The notes under the pieces were generated by a model. It was not told the origin of the DNA, ran no database searches, and saw only the letters and a list, made by a program, of their open reading frames with translations. Shown here piece after piece: positions 49,325-62,908 of a stretch of 64,000 nucleotides of DNA; position 1 is the stretch's first letter, and the number at the start of each line of letters is the position of its first letter. This stretch comes from Azolla caroliniana (lineage: Eukaryota > Plantae > Polypodiophyta): assembly GCA_043228905.1 (NCBI GenBank), contig JBHGNT010000014.1, positions 9,982,001 to 10,046,000 of the forward strand. Direction: 5' to 3'. The translations under genes and the position numbers were made by a program.

Positions 49325-52300
49325 TGTAAAAGATGTTGTGTGGAAGCTAAGACAAAATAGGCTAGTCCGAATAACAACAGAACATAGAACTTAGGTTTAA
49401 TGGAAAGCTTGAATACAAGGGAGAGACACAAAGAGCGAGAACAACATAAACTCAATTAAAAAAATAACACTCTATATGTACAAATGTCCTATAGAACACT
49501 TTTTATACAAGTCCTTAAAAAGACTGACAGAAGTACTAACATGTACTTCAATGCTCAAATGAGCGACTGCCATTGAATCCAAGAAATATGCCTACGTACT
49601 AGGCTAGGACCATAGGCCTCTAACGACCAATCGTTTACAATGCGATCTATCTCTCCGATCCGGCTTCTGGTTTTGCATTCCAGATACCGATCCAGATCCG
49701 GTTGAGCTTGTCCGTTCAACACTCCCCCTCAAGCTCAACTTGAGGTCGGATCGCTATGTCAGTGTCTACCGAACCTTGCAATCTGCTTCTTTTGGCGTCA
49801 TCTCGCCTTGCTCGCGCTCCTAGACCCGTCTGGTTCCACGCAACTCAACCTTCTCAGATGGCTTGCCTACTCATAAGGCCCAACTCAGCTCCTTCGTTGT
49901 TGTGACTTTGGTGCTTCTTGACCCGTCGGTTCCTCCGTGTGGGTGTCAACTTCTGTTGCCTTCTTGTCTGCTTGGCTTCTAGTTGATTCGACTCCTCCAA
50001 ATTAGGCTCGACCTCCGATCTATTCTAGCCCTTGTCTGAGCTAGCTATCTCCAACTCATCCTCGATCTTTACGCTCTTTACCACGTCGTACCACATCCGG
50101 GTCTTGGCCTTCTCCTTTCGGTCGACTCTGTCCTTCTTCACCCTGCCGCCTTCGCCATTTGTTCTAACTTGATCAGATGTGCCGACATCTTCAGTCAACT
50201 CGGCTCCCGTTTTCTTCTTCTCTCCCCCTGTTTTGGTTTCTTTCTCTCTGCTTGCTTGTCTGGTGCCATTACCTGCCGTTTTGGTTTTTGGTCCGGTTCT
50301 CCCTGTACCAGTACCGGTTCTCCCCCTCAAGTGCGGCATGTCGAGATGCTGAAGAACAAGCATCTCCGAAAAGTGCTGCAATTTTTCGGTTCCTAGAGCC
50401 TTGGTGAAGATGTCGGCAACCTGCTAATTAGTCCGGACATACCGGAGTTCGACTTCACCACTCAGGATCCGCTCGTGCACAAAGTGATAATGCACTTCTA
50501 TGTGCTTTGTCCGAGCATGGAACACATGGTTCTTGGCTTGCTACATGCTGCTCATGCTGTCACAATAGATCGAGATCGGAGTCGGTACTTTGATTCGAGG
50601 TTTTGCAGTAGTCGCTAAAGCCATATGGCTTCACAGGTGTCAACGGTAGCGCCCCGATACTCAGCTTCAGTGCTCGGAAGAGCTACTGTTGGTTGATTTT
50701 TTCTTCTCCACACAACAACCACACTACCAAGAGGGAACATGTAACCGGAAGTGGACCGACGATCCGACACATCACTAGCCTAGTCGGCATTTGTATATCC
50801 AACTAGTTTTTCGGTTATACTGTATCGGTACAACAATCCCCGATCTTTAGTGCCGCATGCATACCTGAGTATTCGGTGTGCACACTGAAGATGTTCTATA
50901 GTTGGCTCCTGCATGAATTGACTAATCGCTCCAACCGGATAGCTAATGTGAGGGCGGGTGATCGTTAAATAAATAACGCTTTTGACAATTTGTCGGAATT
51001 GTTTCTCATTGCAGGTTGGCCCGAAGTTGGGACAAAGCTTTAGGTTCTGGTCTAGGGGTGTGGAGATAGGTGCAATTGGTCATGTCAAACTTGTACAACA
51101 TATTCAGGACATAGTGTCGTTGTGAGAGCAATATGTTGTCGGTGGTATGGATCACTTCGATCCTGAGGAAATAATGAAGGTCCCTTAGGTCCTTCATTTT
51201 GAATGCGTCCAAAAATTGAGGCTTCACTTGGTCGATTTCAACGAGGTCCGTTCCGGTAACGACCAAGTCATTGACATACAACAAAATGCATACCGGACCT
51301 TTCGAACCCTTCTAAATGAACAACGAAGAGTCGGAATTCAAGGCTGCTTGCTTTAGCCTATAAAGTGACTTCTTGAGTCGACACACTGCCAACTTGTCGA
51401 TCTCCAACAGAAATTTGGGGGGCTGGATCATGTAGACCTATACTTCAAGGTCACCTTGAAGAAACACATTCTTCATGTCCATTTGGTGAAGATGTCACCC
51501 CCTTGCCGCAACAACCGCTAGCACCACATGTACCGTTGTCATCTTCGCTACCCGAGTGAAAGTCTGATTGTAGTCAATTTCGTGGGTCTGCACATATCCT
51601 TTAGCCACTAACCGGGCCTTGTACCGGTTGACTGAACCGTCATCATTATACTTTACCTTGTACACCCACTTGCAACCTATCTCTTTGTATGAGTCCGGCT
51701 ATACTAGCTCATGGTATGGCATGATGGTGAATTGGCTTCTTGCGAATGGTCTAGACATTAATAACCTACCTCCCCTTAGGTACAACCACACGAGTGATAA
51801 CACCTTAATCTCTCATGAGGACCGCAATAAAGTAATATGCCAAGAAATATGGCAAATTTACACTCGGTGTAAATGGATCACCCCACGAGAGCCACTCCCA
51901 TCTAAAATGTTGTACTATAAGAAACACTTCATGCACTTCTCTGAGTTAGGTTTTATCACGCGGCCAAAATATCTAGATGTATTCTTACCACATGCACTAA
52001 GGGTTTCCATTGGACAACTTAGAATATCATCTCACCAACTTGAGATTGAGAATGGCCATACTAGTGGAGTCCCTAGGGAGGAAAGGATATGTAGGTTATG
52101 TCACATAGAGATAGAGGATGAGTACCACTTTACATGCAAGTGTCCAACCTATGCCGAGATAAGGGCAAAATACCAAGACATACTTGGTCCGTCTCCCACC
52201 CTCCCCAAACTATTAGATACTCTAGATATAAAGAAATTAGGCAAATACATTCTAGAGCTAAAACAACATAGAGAGAATAAGTTACAAAATGTTGACAATA

Positions 52301-54660
52301 ATGTTGCTAATGATCACGAACATGTAACAAATGAAGTTTTTCAGGAACCTGAGGAGACAACGAATGCCGACACACTTGCACCACTCGGCCTTTCCATTGA
52401 TGAGGCAGAAAACCAGAGAAGAACCAGACGTCCTCGGGTGCCGGGTTTCAAAGCAACTCGACGTGATGTGGAAGCAATATTGAAAATAAGGGAACGTGAG
52501 CTACACCGCCTAGAAGCCATGGCTAGGGCACTCTCTACATTGGAACCCACATCAAGACCCTTTGACCCCCCACTTCTTTTCGAGAGGCTTGGGTGGAAAT
52601 AAAATTAGGCTTAGTGTATAGTCACTTTCGAGTATACTACATATTGTACACTACTAGAACTCTTTTAGTTTAAGTTCTATTTTTTACTTAATTTTATTTT
52701 AGTTATGATGACTGGATAAATACTCTTTTGTTGTAAACCAATTGTCTCATGGGCCAAATTTGGCCTTAGAAGACGTTAATATTTCTTTCTTTCTTTCTTT
52801 CTTTCTTTCTTTGCAATGCCCGGGAGGGTCAACTAGGTTCCATGTGTTGTTGGCATCGAGTGCTGGCATGGCTTCCTCCATAGCGGCACACCAATGTACG
52901 TCCTTTGCCACTTTTGCGTAGCTCTCTAGCTCACGCACTTCTGGCACTTTCGTCATGTACGCATAGTAATGCGCCATGTACTCATTATATCTGTACCAAA
53001 CTACGGGGTTCTTTTGGCGAGTGGATCAACGCAGGTTCTGCTCTGCCGATTTCCTGGCCCTCTTGGCCAATGCGGACTTCACTTCCGAAGATATGTTTAT
53101 GTTCTTTCCGAAGTCGGATTCGCTCTGATATGTTTTCGTTATCGTATTCCGACATCTTTTTCTTTCCCTTTTCCTAGCGTGTGAACCGTCTCCTTGGATC
53201 TTTGTGCAGGGAAAGCATGATTGAGTTTCTACTACTTGTTGACTCATCATCAGACTGGTTGTTCCGACTTAGTCACTCATTTGGCCCGCTCAACTGAAAT
53301 GAAAACGGACTCTCTTCTAGAGTACCAAAGTCATCTTCTTCTTGTTGTATTCGGATCGTTTCGGACTCACTGGCCTCATTCTCCGAAATCGGGTTGGAGT
53401 TAGGAGTCGGAGTTGGTAGAGAGTACCATGATGCCGACTCATCGAACTTGACATCTCGGCTTACCTGAACTTGTTTTGTTTGGGGGTTATAACACTTATA
53501 ACCCTTCTGTTCGTGTGACCAGTCGACCAATATGCATTTCTCTGATTTCGGGTCCATCTTTCTCCGCTTCACATTCGGTACATGCACATAGGAAATGGTA
53601 TTGAATACCGTAAGGTTCCTTAAATTTGACTTCCACCCGAAATACAACTTGTGTGCTGACACCTTATCCCTAATCCAGTTTTGGATGTAGACAGCCGTCT
53701 AGACCGTTTTGGCCGAGTAGAACCTGGGCATGCTCTGCTCTTCTAGCATTTCCCATGCCACCTCCACAATTGACTTGTTCTTTCTTTCGGCCACACCATT
53801 TTGTTCCGGTTTGTATGTGCAATTGAATTCCCTACAAATTTTTTTCTATTGCAGATAACTGTCAATTAGCTGGAAAAGTATTCTTTTCCTCCATCCGACC
53901 GCAGGCACTTGATCTTCCTCTCTGTTTCCCGTTCCACAAGATTTTGCAGGTTTTGGAAATAGTCGAAAACTTCGCTCTTCCTTTCGATCAGGTAGATCCA
54001 TGTGTGCTAGCTGTAGTCGTCGATGAAGGAGACGAAATATCGGTTCTCGCCAAGACTAACGTTCTGTGTCGGTCCCCATACATCCAAATGTATCAAGTTG
54101 AGCTTGTTACGGCTCCTATTTCTTTCGGTGGGGAACGGAAGCCAGTGTTGCTCACCTAGCTGGCAGGCTTCACAAATTTCGGCAATCTGAAAACAACATG
54201 TTTCAATTCTAGGCCTTGAAGCCTCTGATAATTGACGTGGTCGATCTGCTTGTGCCACAAGTCGATATCCGATTTGACTTTCTATCCTTTTGTGAATAAA
54301 GCAGTGTCGACGTCGTCATTGGTGTCGAGGATAAATAGCCTCCTGTCTCTACACCCTTGCATGATGATCTGACCTTCTTCCTCAATGAAGCACCCGAGGT
54401 GCGTAAACCGCACCTGCATTTCCTGGTCAATGATCTGTCCAACCGACACTGGGTTCTTTGTAATTGTCAGAATGTGAAGCATGTTCATAAGCTTGCCTTT
54501 TTGTTTCACATGACTCAAGGGGACTTCTCCAACATGCATGATTGGGTGAGGAGTGTCGTCTCCGGTTTCGACTACTCTAGGTTGCTCCAGTTTTTCCAGA
54601 TATGAGAACCCTCTTCGTGGCTCGTCATGTGGTTAGATGCTCCGTAGTCAACGTACCAAG
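49325..54660 (-). mobile_element. Degenerate copia element (3' LTR, RH, RT, IN, PR), related to X, 5' part missing
   Basis: LTR 49325-49721; PPT CTCCCCCTC at 49722; RT/IN motifs; WYVDYGASNHMT near 54655. Confidence 0.85.
51682..52810 (+). mobile_element. 5'-truncated LINE, same family as 7271-19232, with (TTTC)n tail
   Basis: Near-identical protein (ending PPLLFERLGWK*) and 3' UTR; inserted between the copia GHCK and IGCKW codons. Confidence 0.9.
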
Positions 54661-54944
54661 GTGAAAGCATGCGAGTGGAAACAATTAGTTATGTCCTTTA
54701 CATAGCTAATCAGTTATGCAAAAAGCTACCATTGATAAATAGTCAATTTTGCAAAAAGCTATCATTGATAAATTAGCTATGCAAAATGCTACCATTGAAA
54801 ATAGTAGAGAGTTTTAATTATATAAATGAGCACCATAAATGTGCACCATAAATTATATACCGAATTCCTAGGTCCATTATGCATGATCCTTTGCCACATC
54901 ACGTGGGCTATCTTTGGTTGAGTATTCTGGCTTAGATTACTACC

Positions 54945-55570
54945 ATTGTTGCTAAACCCTATTGAGTCTAGTTGTCCATTGCTGCCATTCTACACTCAGT
55001 TACCACCACTATGCGGTCCAAGTATCATCTACCACTGTTCGATCCAACGGAGTTCACTCCTCCATTGCCACAATTCTACACTCAGTTGTCGCCGTTGTTT
55101 AGTCCAAGCATCATCTGCCAAGTTCACTCCTCCATTGCTTCCATTGTACACTCAGTTGCCACTACTATGAAGGTTGTATATTGCTGCCACTTTTCGATCC
55201 GACGGAGTTAATGCCTTCTCCACTGCTGCCATTCTACTCTCAATTATCGTCATTGTGCGTTCCAAGCATCATCTACCATTGTTCGATCTGATGGAGTTCA
55301 CTCATCCATTGCCATCATTCTACACTCAGTTGTCGCTATTGTTCGGTCCTGGATTGCTGCCACTTTTGGATTTGACGGAGTTCACTCATCCATTGCCATC
55401 ATTCTACACTCAGTTGCCGCTATTGTTCAGTCATGTATTGTTGCCACTCTCATTTGTCGTCATTTTGCATTCCAAGCATCATCTACCACAGTTCGATCCG
55501 ACAAAATTCACTCCTCCATTGCCATCATTCTACACTTAGTTGCTGCCATTGTTCGGTCCTGGATTGCAAT
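54945..55570. repeat. Degenerate tandem repeat (modules CCATTGCCAYCATTCTACACTCAGTTG and GGAGTTCACTC)
   Basis: The modules recur about 7-9 times. Confidence 0.8.
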
Positions 55571-55674
55571 AACTATTATGTCTATTGATTATCTTATGTA
55601 TTGTTGTTGCCCATATCCATCTTTAATACATGTCTTTTTTTCGGGAAAATTAGGGTTTAAACCTGTCAAGCCAA

Positions 55675-57530
55675 ATGGAAGAGGAAGGAGGGTGTTTAGA
55701 ATTACCCCTCAATGATCATCAGGATAGGGATGACGCTATTAAGACACAACAAGCGATACGAAAGTATTGGGCAGAAAAAGTATAGCTAACTAACTATTCC
55801 CAATAGCTAATTATTTATTACCAACTAATTTAGCTATTACCATCTATTTAGCTGCCAGGATAGCTAATTAGCAACCAGAATACCTAATTAGCTACCAATC
55901 ATAGCTATTTAGCTACCATAATAGCTAATTAGTTGCCTATGACTATAGTTAATTAGCTACCAGATTAGCTAACTAGCTATTCCCAATAACTAATTTAGTT
56001 ATTACTAGTTAATTAGCTACTAGGATAGCTACTTAGCTACCAGAATAGCTAATTAGCTACCTATGACTATTAGCTACCACTTAGCTAACTAGTTATTCCC
56101 AATAGCTAGTTTAGCCATTACCAGCTAATTAGCTACCAATCATAGCTATTTAGCTACCAGAATAGCTTATTAGCTGCTATAATAGGTTTGGAGCATAGCT
56201 AATCCGCTAATTAGTATGTCCATTTTATTACGCAGGTTGATTTATTTATTAGGTTTAGGCGAATGCATCCAAATATCAGAGTTCAACTACGAACATTTGA
56301 GTCTCTTAAGCCACACTTTGTGAGACGCTTAAAGGATCGATACACATGTTGTTGCATTTACCATGTACAAATGGGTTTTCTCAAGGACTCTGTTAATCTA
56401 CCACATCACCATAGCGCCTCCTTAACTAATGCAGTTTGCACTTGTGAGTGCCCAATTTGTCGATCAAGCCCACAAGAGCACTGTAAATCATCTGAGCATG
56501 TTATTTCTTTCATGAGTTGTCTTCTAGATTTAGTATTGTGTCCGAGAGAAACTGAGGCTATCTTTTCCACGGTCATAAATGTGTCATGGGTTTATGTCAA
56601 GATTGTGGCCATGGTAGATTTAGGTGGTGTCCAAATGAATTGAGTAGTGAAATATTAATCTTTGTCAAGTTATTGAGTCAGTTGACACCAATTTCGAAGG
56701 AAAGGTGTGTAAAAGAAAGGATCTAGTTAGGAAGTCGCTTAAACCAAGGAATTTTGTGTCTCTATTTGCAGTATCTCTAGGAAAGTTCATGAAACACAAC
56801 TTCATTTATTCATGGCAAGCCCATCAGTTTATTGCATATCTGATTTTCCAAATGATGTAGTAGTCTCATAGTAGATTTCGTAGAGAATTATACTTTCAAG
56901 CAACATAACATCGGTGTTCAATGCAGGTAACCATTTTTGTGCACAACATATTTTCGAGTTTTAGGTGACGTTAAAAAAGTAATTCATTTTTTTTATTTTT
57001 GATGATAAGAAGCATGATACCTTGTTCATCCAACACTGTTTTTAACTTACATTGGCAATGGTTATTAGCTACACGTTTGGAGCTTACTCAACATTGGGTC
57101 TGGTCCGACAGAGCTGTGTCACAATTCAAGGCTAGACGTCCATTTTATTTTGTGGGGAGGTATCCTGCTATAACAGGTTTGGAGATGAGATAGAATTTAT
57201 TTGGGTCTGGCTATGGTAAAGGTGAACATGATGGTGCAGGTGTTGTTATAAAGAGGGCACTTACCCATGAACAACTAAAGGCAGATGATGTGCAAATGAA
57301 TTGTGCAACACATGGTGTTGAATTTTTAAGAGCTAATATGTCAATGAGTGCAACTGGTGTTTATTCCTCGCAGGTCCGAGATATCAAATGTGAATTTTAG
57401 GAAGTGACGATAGATGAAGTAAATAGGGAGAAGACTTGGGAGTGCCAAGGAATTCCCGAATTGCGATCTCTCCATGTTGTTCGCGGTTATTCTAGGTTGG
57501 ATGGTCATTGTATTACGGTTAGAGAAATTT
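55675..57530 (+). pseudogene. Sola2-like DDD transposase remnant (two exons predicted)
   Basis: Motifs HP..F..LKP..TCCCIYH, VDFVENY (~56872), DDKKHD, WSDRAVSQFK and GYGKGEHDGAG..IKR. Phase-0 intron 55780-56235. Family assignment rests on motif recall. Confidence 0.65.
55783..56215. repeat. Array of the palindrome TAGCTAATTAGCTA
   Basis: Many degenerate copies separated by CCA/AT-rich spacers. Confidence 0.9.
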
Positions 57531-58155
57531 TGTATCTACTGAGACATTCTACATCAAAGGTATTTCTTACGCAAAACTAGATGATTATGATTATGTGTGT
57601 AGTCTATTAGAAGACAAACTAGTGTCGTACATGTACTCTCATTTGGTCAGGTGCATCAACGTCCCAATGTCACAATACAATAGCTACTCAGGTTTATACA
57701 CAGTTAGTGCTAATGTGTATGAATGTATTTACAACAATATTCCATGGAATTTGTAGCTACAAGTAGCAATTACTAGTTTTCTTGTAAAATAAACAAAGCA
57801 CATGTATTGCAAATAAACAGTTAAATAAATTCGTTTGGGAGTTTGTTTTTTTATGTACAATCTACTTTTTGTGCTTCTTTCTCAATAAAATCATGCGTCT
57901 TTTTTATATATAGCCTTATTTCTTTTCTTCTTTCTTAAAAACTAGTTTAATAATATCGTTTAGGGTTCTTCTTTCTGATATATAGATTTACTCAAGTGAA
58001 CCATGTACAAGTTAAAATAGTTTGCATAATTTTATGATAAAGCACTATCATGAAATCAACAATCCTGAACATACTCTTAAAATTATGTAGTAGATAAGTT
58101 ACTCAAAACAAGCAATTTAATTCTTCATTGATTAATCTGTCTTCAAATTACATAT

Positions 58156-59120
58156 TTATAACATCCCATTGGCATTGTCTACAAATCTCCTATAAACAGT
58201 TAAGCTCTTGCTGGTCATTGGAACTTCTCTACATATATGATTTGCATACCAAGCTCGGTATAGAGTCCACAACCATGCAATTAGTTGGCAGCTCAATGTT
58301 TTCACCAAATAGTGTTTAAGCATTTCCTCGAGTAGAATGAGACAGCATCTGCGAATGTTGAAGTAATGCCGGAAATGTTCTGTATCCAGAATCAATGTAT
58401 TGTCGGCATTATGTTCTGGCCAAGTAGCCCAAAAATCAGAAAGTCTTTTGAATCTTGCAACATCCTTCTGCTCACATTTCTCTTGTGTCCATTGAACCTT
58501 GAAATGTTGTCGCCACTTCGGGAAGAATCTTTCTACACACTTCCACACATCTGTACGTGTTTTTCCACTCCAAATAAACAAATCAAAGTATTGCACAACC
58601 CACTCTAGAAATTGATTTGCGTCCCTCCTTGGTGTCATATATCGCACACTCATCAGGACTTTATCAAGCTCCAAGATCAAGGCTCTTCTTTCGACTTCTA
58701 ATGGTTTAGGTTTCCATTCCTGTAATTGAGCCTCTGTTACACCAATTATTGGTAGCACACGATCAATTTCAATCAACTCAGATTCTGTCGGCACAATTGG
58801 TGTCCTTTTCCTCTTCAAACCCCTGGTCGACTGTGTTGGGCCTCGCTTCACATTTTGGTGCTCTTGTATTGTCGACTTAGTCATTAGCTTGGTGCATGTA
58901 GATACTGATCTAGTCGATATCAGCCCACTGGTATCACAGGCTGCATCTACCTGCAAAATCAAATCATCTGTGCAACATGCTTGATCAACTTGCGTGGCCA
59001 GATCATTTGTGTCAGTTGCTACATCTACTTTCAAGATGTGGCCCTCTAAGCACGCAACAACATCAATAGTTTCCACACTACCATTGGCCTTAGGAGCAAT
59101 AGATTCAAACCCTTTAGACT
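58156..59120 (-). CDS. Exon encoding an FCP1/NIF (HAD-fold) phosphatase-like domain with degenerate active site
   Basis: LILELDKVL, RRDANQFL, FDLFIWS, K.LSDFW, NTLILD; TGCAG acceptor at 59125-59121. Confidence 0.6.
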
Positions 59121-59389
59121 CTGCAACATCAGAAAACACCAACATATTCACACTCACAAAGTAACTAACAGTCTCATAAAACAATATAATGAACATGAAA
59201 TATTTTCCATCATAGAACAACATGAACATAATTATCTTGGAGAAACATCATAGAGTTCCATTACATAATGTGGATCAAGCAACAACCAATTTGAGGTTTT
59301 ACTTGTCCAAATAGATCATAGTAAAACTTCATAAAACCCTAGGAAAATCGCTAATAAACATATCCCACTAATAAGTATTTCGCTCCAAT

Positions 59390-62350
59390 TCAAGAGCCCC
59401 TTGACCGAGTAATTGGTCTTGTCCCCGATCGTGGCCCCTTGTTTAGCCTTTTTCTAGTCAATTGCCCATTTAGCCTTGCTTCTTTCACCCATTGCACAAG
59501 TCTGTCCTCCTCCGAAAACCTCTTCATCACCTCAGCAGTGGCTTTCACGTCAGCCGAATCTCTTGCTAGCTTTTCCAGCATAGTGGGATCTGTTTGGATA
59601 TTATCAATAGTTGGGCTCGGTGGGGTGGAATAAAGGTTTTGGGATTCAAAGAAATGTTGCATCAAGAGTTCAAAAACACTGTTGTTGTGAACCTTAGATT
59701 TACATGTTGTTTCCAATACTTCATTTCTTTTCACATCGTTGCCTAATTCAGTACAATCTTCCAAAAGAATAGGGTGGAGCTGATCTGAAGGAGATCTTAC
59801 TTTCAGCCACGTTGGCAACTATCTCTCCTCATCGGTTGCAACATCATCATCACCAAACACCTCATGTGCCCCCCTTAATCCACAAGATTCTACAACAACA
59901 TGGTAGCCAATTAGCTACTCAGCTACATTTTAGCTAACTAGCTATTCTTCTAGACTATGACAGTAGCTAATTAGCTACCATTTAGCTAATTAGCTACTTC
60001 TCTTAGGTATGATACTAACTAATTAGCTACCACTTAGCTAATTAGCTACTCTTTGTCAATATGGTAGCAATGAATTAGCTACTCTACTAAAGTATGGTAG
60101 TAGCTAATTAGCTATTAGTTAGCTAATTAGCTACTCAACTAAAGTATGGTACTAGCTAATTAGCTACTATAGCTAAAGTATGGTAGTAGCTAATTAGCTA
60201 TTGTACTAAACTATGGTAGTAGATAATTAGCTACCACTTCGCTAATTAGCTACTGTACTAAACTATGCAAGACTAGATGATTAAGATTATGCAAGACATT
60301 CTACTTAAGTATGGTAGTAGCTAATTAGCTACTATAGCTAGAGTATGGTAGTAGCTAATTAGCTACTATAGCTAGAGTATGGTAGTAGCTAATTAGCTAC
60401 GACTTAGCTAATTAGTTATTGTACTAAACTATGGTAGTAGCTAATTAGCTACCACTTAGCTAATTAGCTACTAAGCTAAAGTATGGTAGTAGCTAATTAG
60501 CTAAGTGGTAGCTAATTAGCTATTGTTCTAAACTCTCGTAGTAGCTAATTCGCTACCATTTAGCTAATTAGCTACTCAGCCTACTATACTAAACTATAGT
60601 AGTAGCTACTTAGCTACTACTTAGCTAATTAGTTATGAGCTAAAGTATGCTAGTAGCTAATTAGCTACCACTTAGCTAATTAGTTACTCAGCTAAAGTAT
60701 GGTAGTAGCTAATTAGCTACCACTTAGCTATTGTCGTAAACTATGGCTAATTATCTACCACTTAGCTAATTAGCTACTCAGCTAAAGTATGGTAGTAGCT
60801 AATTAGTTACTGTACTAAACTATGGTAGTAGCTAATTGGCTACCACTTAGCTAATTAGCTACTCAGTTAAAGTATGGTAGTATCTAATTAACTACCACTT
60901 AGCTAATTAGCAATTACACCACAACCATAATAGTTAAATAGTTTCCACACTTTATATGGCTTACCTAATTAACAAAGATGTAACTAATTAGCTACACTAT
61001 GGTCACAAGCATCAATTTTACTTGTTAGTTTGCTCCACTCATCTGGGAGAGTTGTACTGCAATCCCCCAAACAGAATGCAACAATGCGACAGGTATATTG
61101 AAAACAAACGATATGGTATGTGTGATGGCATGGTTATAGGTGAACCAACAGAGTAGCAATTTTGTCCTCTACACGTAATCTGCAAGCAATGCAACATGCT
61201 TGAACAATCAATATATCTTTTCCTAGTTCTCCTTCATTTGGTAAGGGAGGAATAATGTTCAGGTCCAATTCTTGTCTGCTCCTTACCATCCCCTCCACAA
61301 AATGTAGCTGCTTCTTAAGGCAACTAACTACATGTTCTCGACAGGAGTATTGTTCCTTCAACGCAGTCGAGAAATTTACCTATTAATTATTCCTTAATGA
61401 GGAAGATACAACAACAAGAAACAAGAATAATTAACTTACTTGTAGCTTGTCCAAAGTGTAATCAGCGATAGTATTTACACCTAGAAGGTCCAGGTTCATT
61501 GAAAGAACTTGGATCTCTGTTTGCAATTGAATTTTTTGTCGGGGATCCAGTGACCCCTCAATTTCAAGCTCATGTTGAGCAACCTGTTCCAGATAATGCC
61601 TCACTAGCACATTTTCATGTACAAGTTATTTATAACATATTAAATACTAGCAAAACAATAGGTACCTGAATCTTATTTTTGATTGTTGTAACTACCAAAG
61701 TGACTTTGCTCTCCATCGCAGTAGCCAATGTTGCTTTCTCTAAATCAGTATTAAAAAACTCCAATGTCTCACAAGATTCATGGACAGTTTTTAGCATATA
61801 GCAAATCAATGTCTCACCTGTATCATCGACATTGGCTTTCATTGTGTACCGGTGTGGTGTATACTTGCAGGTTTGTTGGGAGTCGACAGTTGCATCATCA
61901 ACTACCATGATCCAAAATCTTGCCATTTTTTGTTGCCAACTCCCCATCTTCCGTCATCTTTCTACCGATGCCTCACCATAAATTGCCTAAGCTACCCTGT
62001 ACATTTCAGGGTCACAAGATTCCTTCATTTTTTTGCAATACTCATATGCAAAAGCTCTGGCAAATGAAACAGACAATTCGTTCTTGACCAAGATCTCTTG
62101 ATGTATTTTCTGGTGCAGTCTCATGCAGTTGTCATACAGGTCCGAGTGTACATGCTTGAGCTTGAGCTTGCCTTTCACTCTAGGCAATTTATATATGAAC
62201 ATCTAGTCTACATCACTAATCAATTTATATGTTAGAACAACAGGGTCAATAACCTCGAGCGACAGACCATATATCTTGTGAAAGTCCTCCTTTGTCTCAC
62301 AAAATTTTGCGAAGTTCAGCACTCTAGGATAGGGAGGAACGAGCCACCTA
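59390..62350 (-). pseudogene. Fragmented multi-exon ORFs of unknown function, probably transposon cargo
   Basis: Co-oriented ORFs 59390-59818, 61134-61361, 61630-61947 and 61987-62202 with splice-like boundaries; no family recognised. Confidence 0.4.
59905..60915. repeat. Second, larger TAGCTAATTAGCTA array (TGGTAG-TAGCTAATTAGCTA-CCACT units)
   Basis: Dozens of copies directly visible. Confidence 0.92.
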
Positions 62351-62908
62351 AAATAGAAAATCAATAATCAGAATTGGTGCAAAAACAGAATTTTTAATGT
62401 GAATTTGGTGTAAAATTACAACACTTTGAGACAGTAACCTGAAATTTGTAATCTGTCCTTTTCAACATGTATCAGAAATCAACCACTTAAAAAATTAGAA
62501 ACCATAATCATAATTTTTCATGAGAATTGATGCAAAATTACAACAGATTCCAATAGTAATTTGAAATTTGTAATTATAAATTTGTAACCAGGAACTTGAA
62601 ATCTGAAATTTGTAATCAGAAACCCTAAACCACTTAAGGAAAACACAAACCCTAACCATCACTAAAGGCATAAATCAACCATAATACGAAATTCTGTCAA
62701 TAAAAAACACACCTACTGCTACACCCCGATCTTTGAGACATCCCTGTTTGGCACTCCAACGACTTCGCCCTATTCGATTTTTGGGAAAGATGAACATGCA
62801 CCAAAGTTACATACAGTTAGCAGAAAGTAAAAAAAAGTTTTTTTAATATGTAACTGATAAATACCTGGATGGCGATCGAATTGGTCGTGTGTTTTAGCTC
62901 TGAAGGTG

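Noticed and set aside
51619-52602. 327-aa ORF (and ORF 7471-8721) as host genes
   Set aside because: They are LINE C-termini, and their start codons come from flanking copia sequence.
54945-60915. CRISPR-like arrays
   Set aside because: Eukaryotic context, degenerate units, no unique constant-length spacers and no cas genes.
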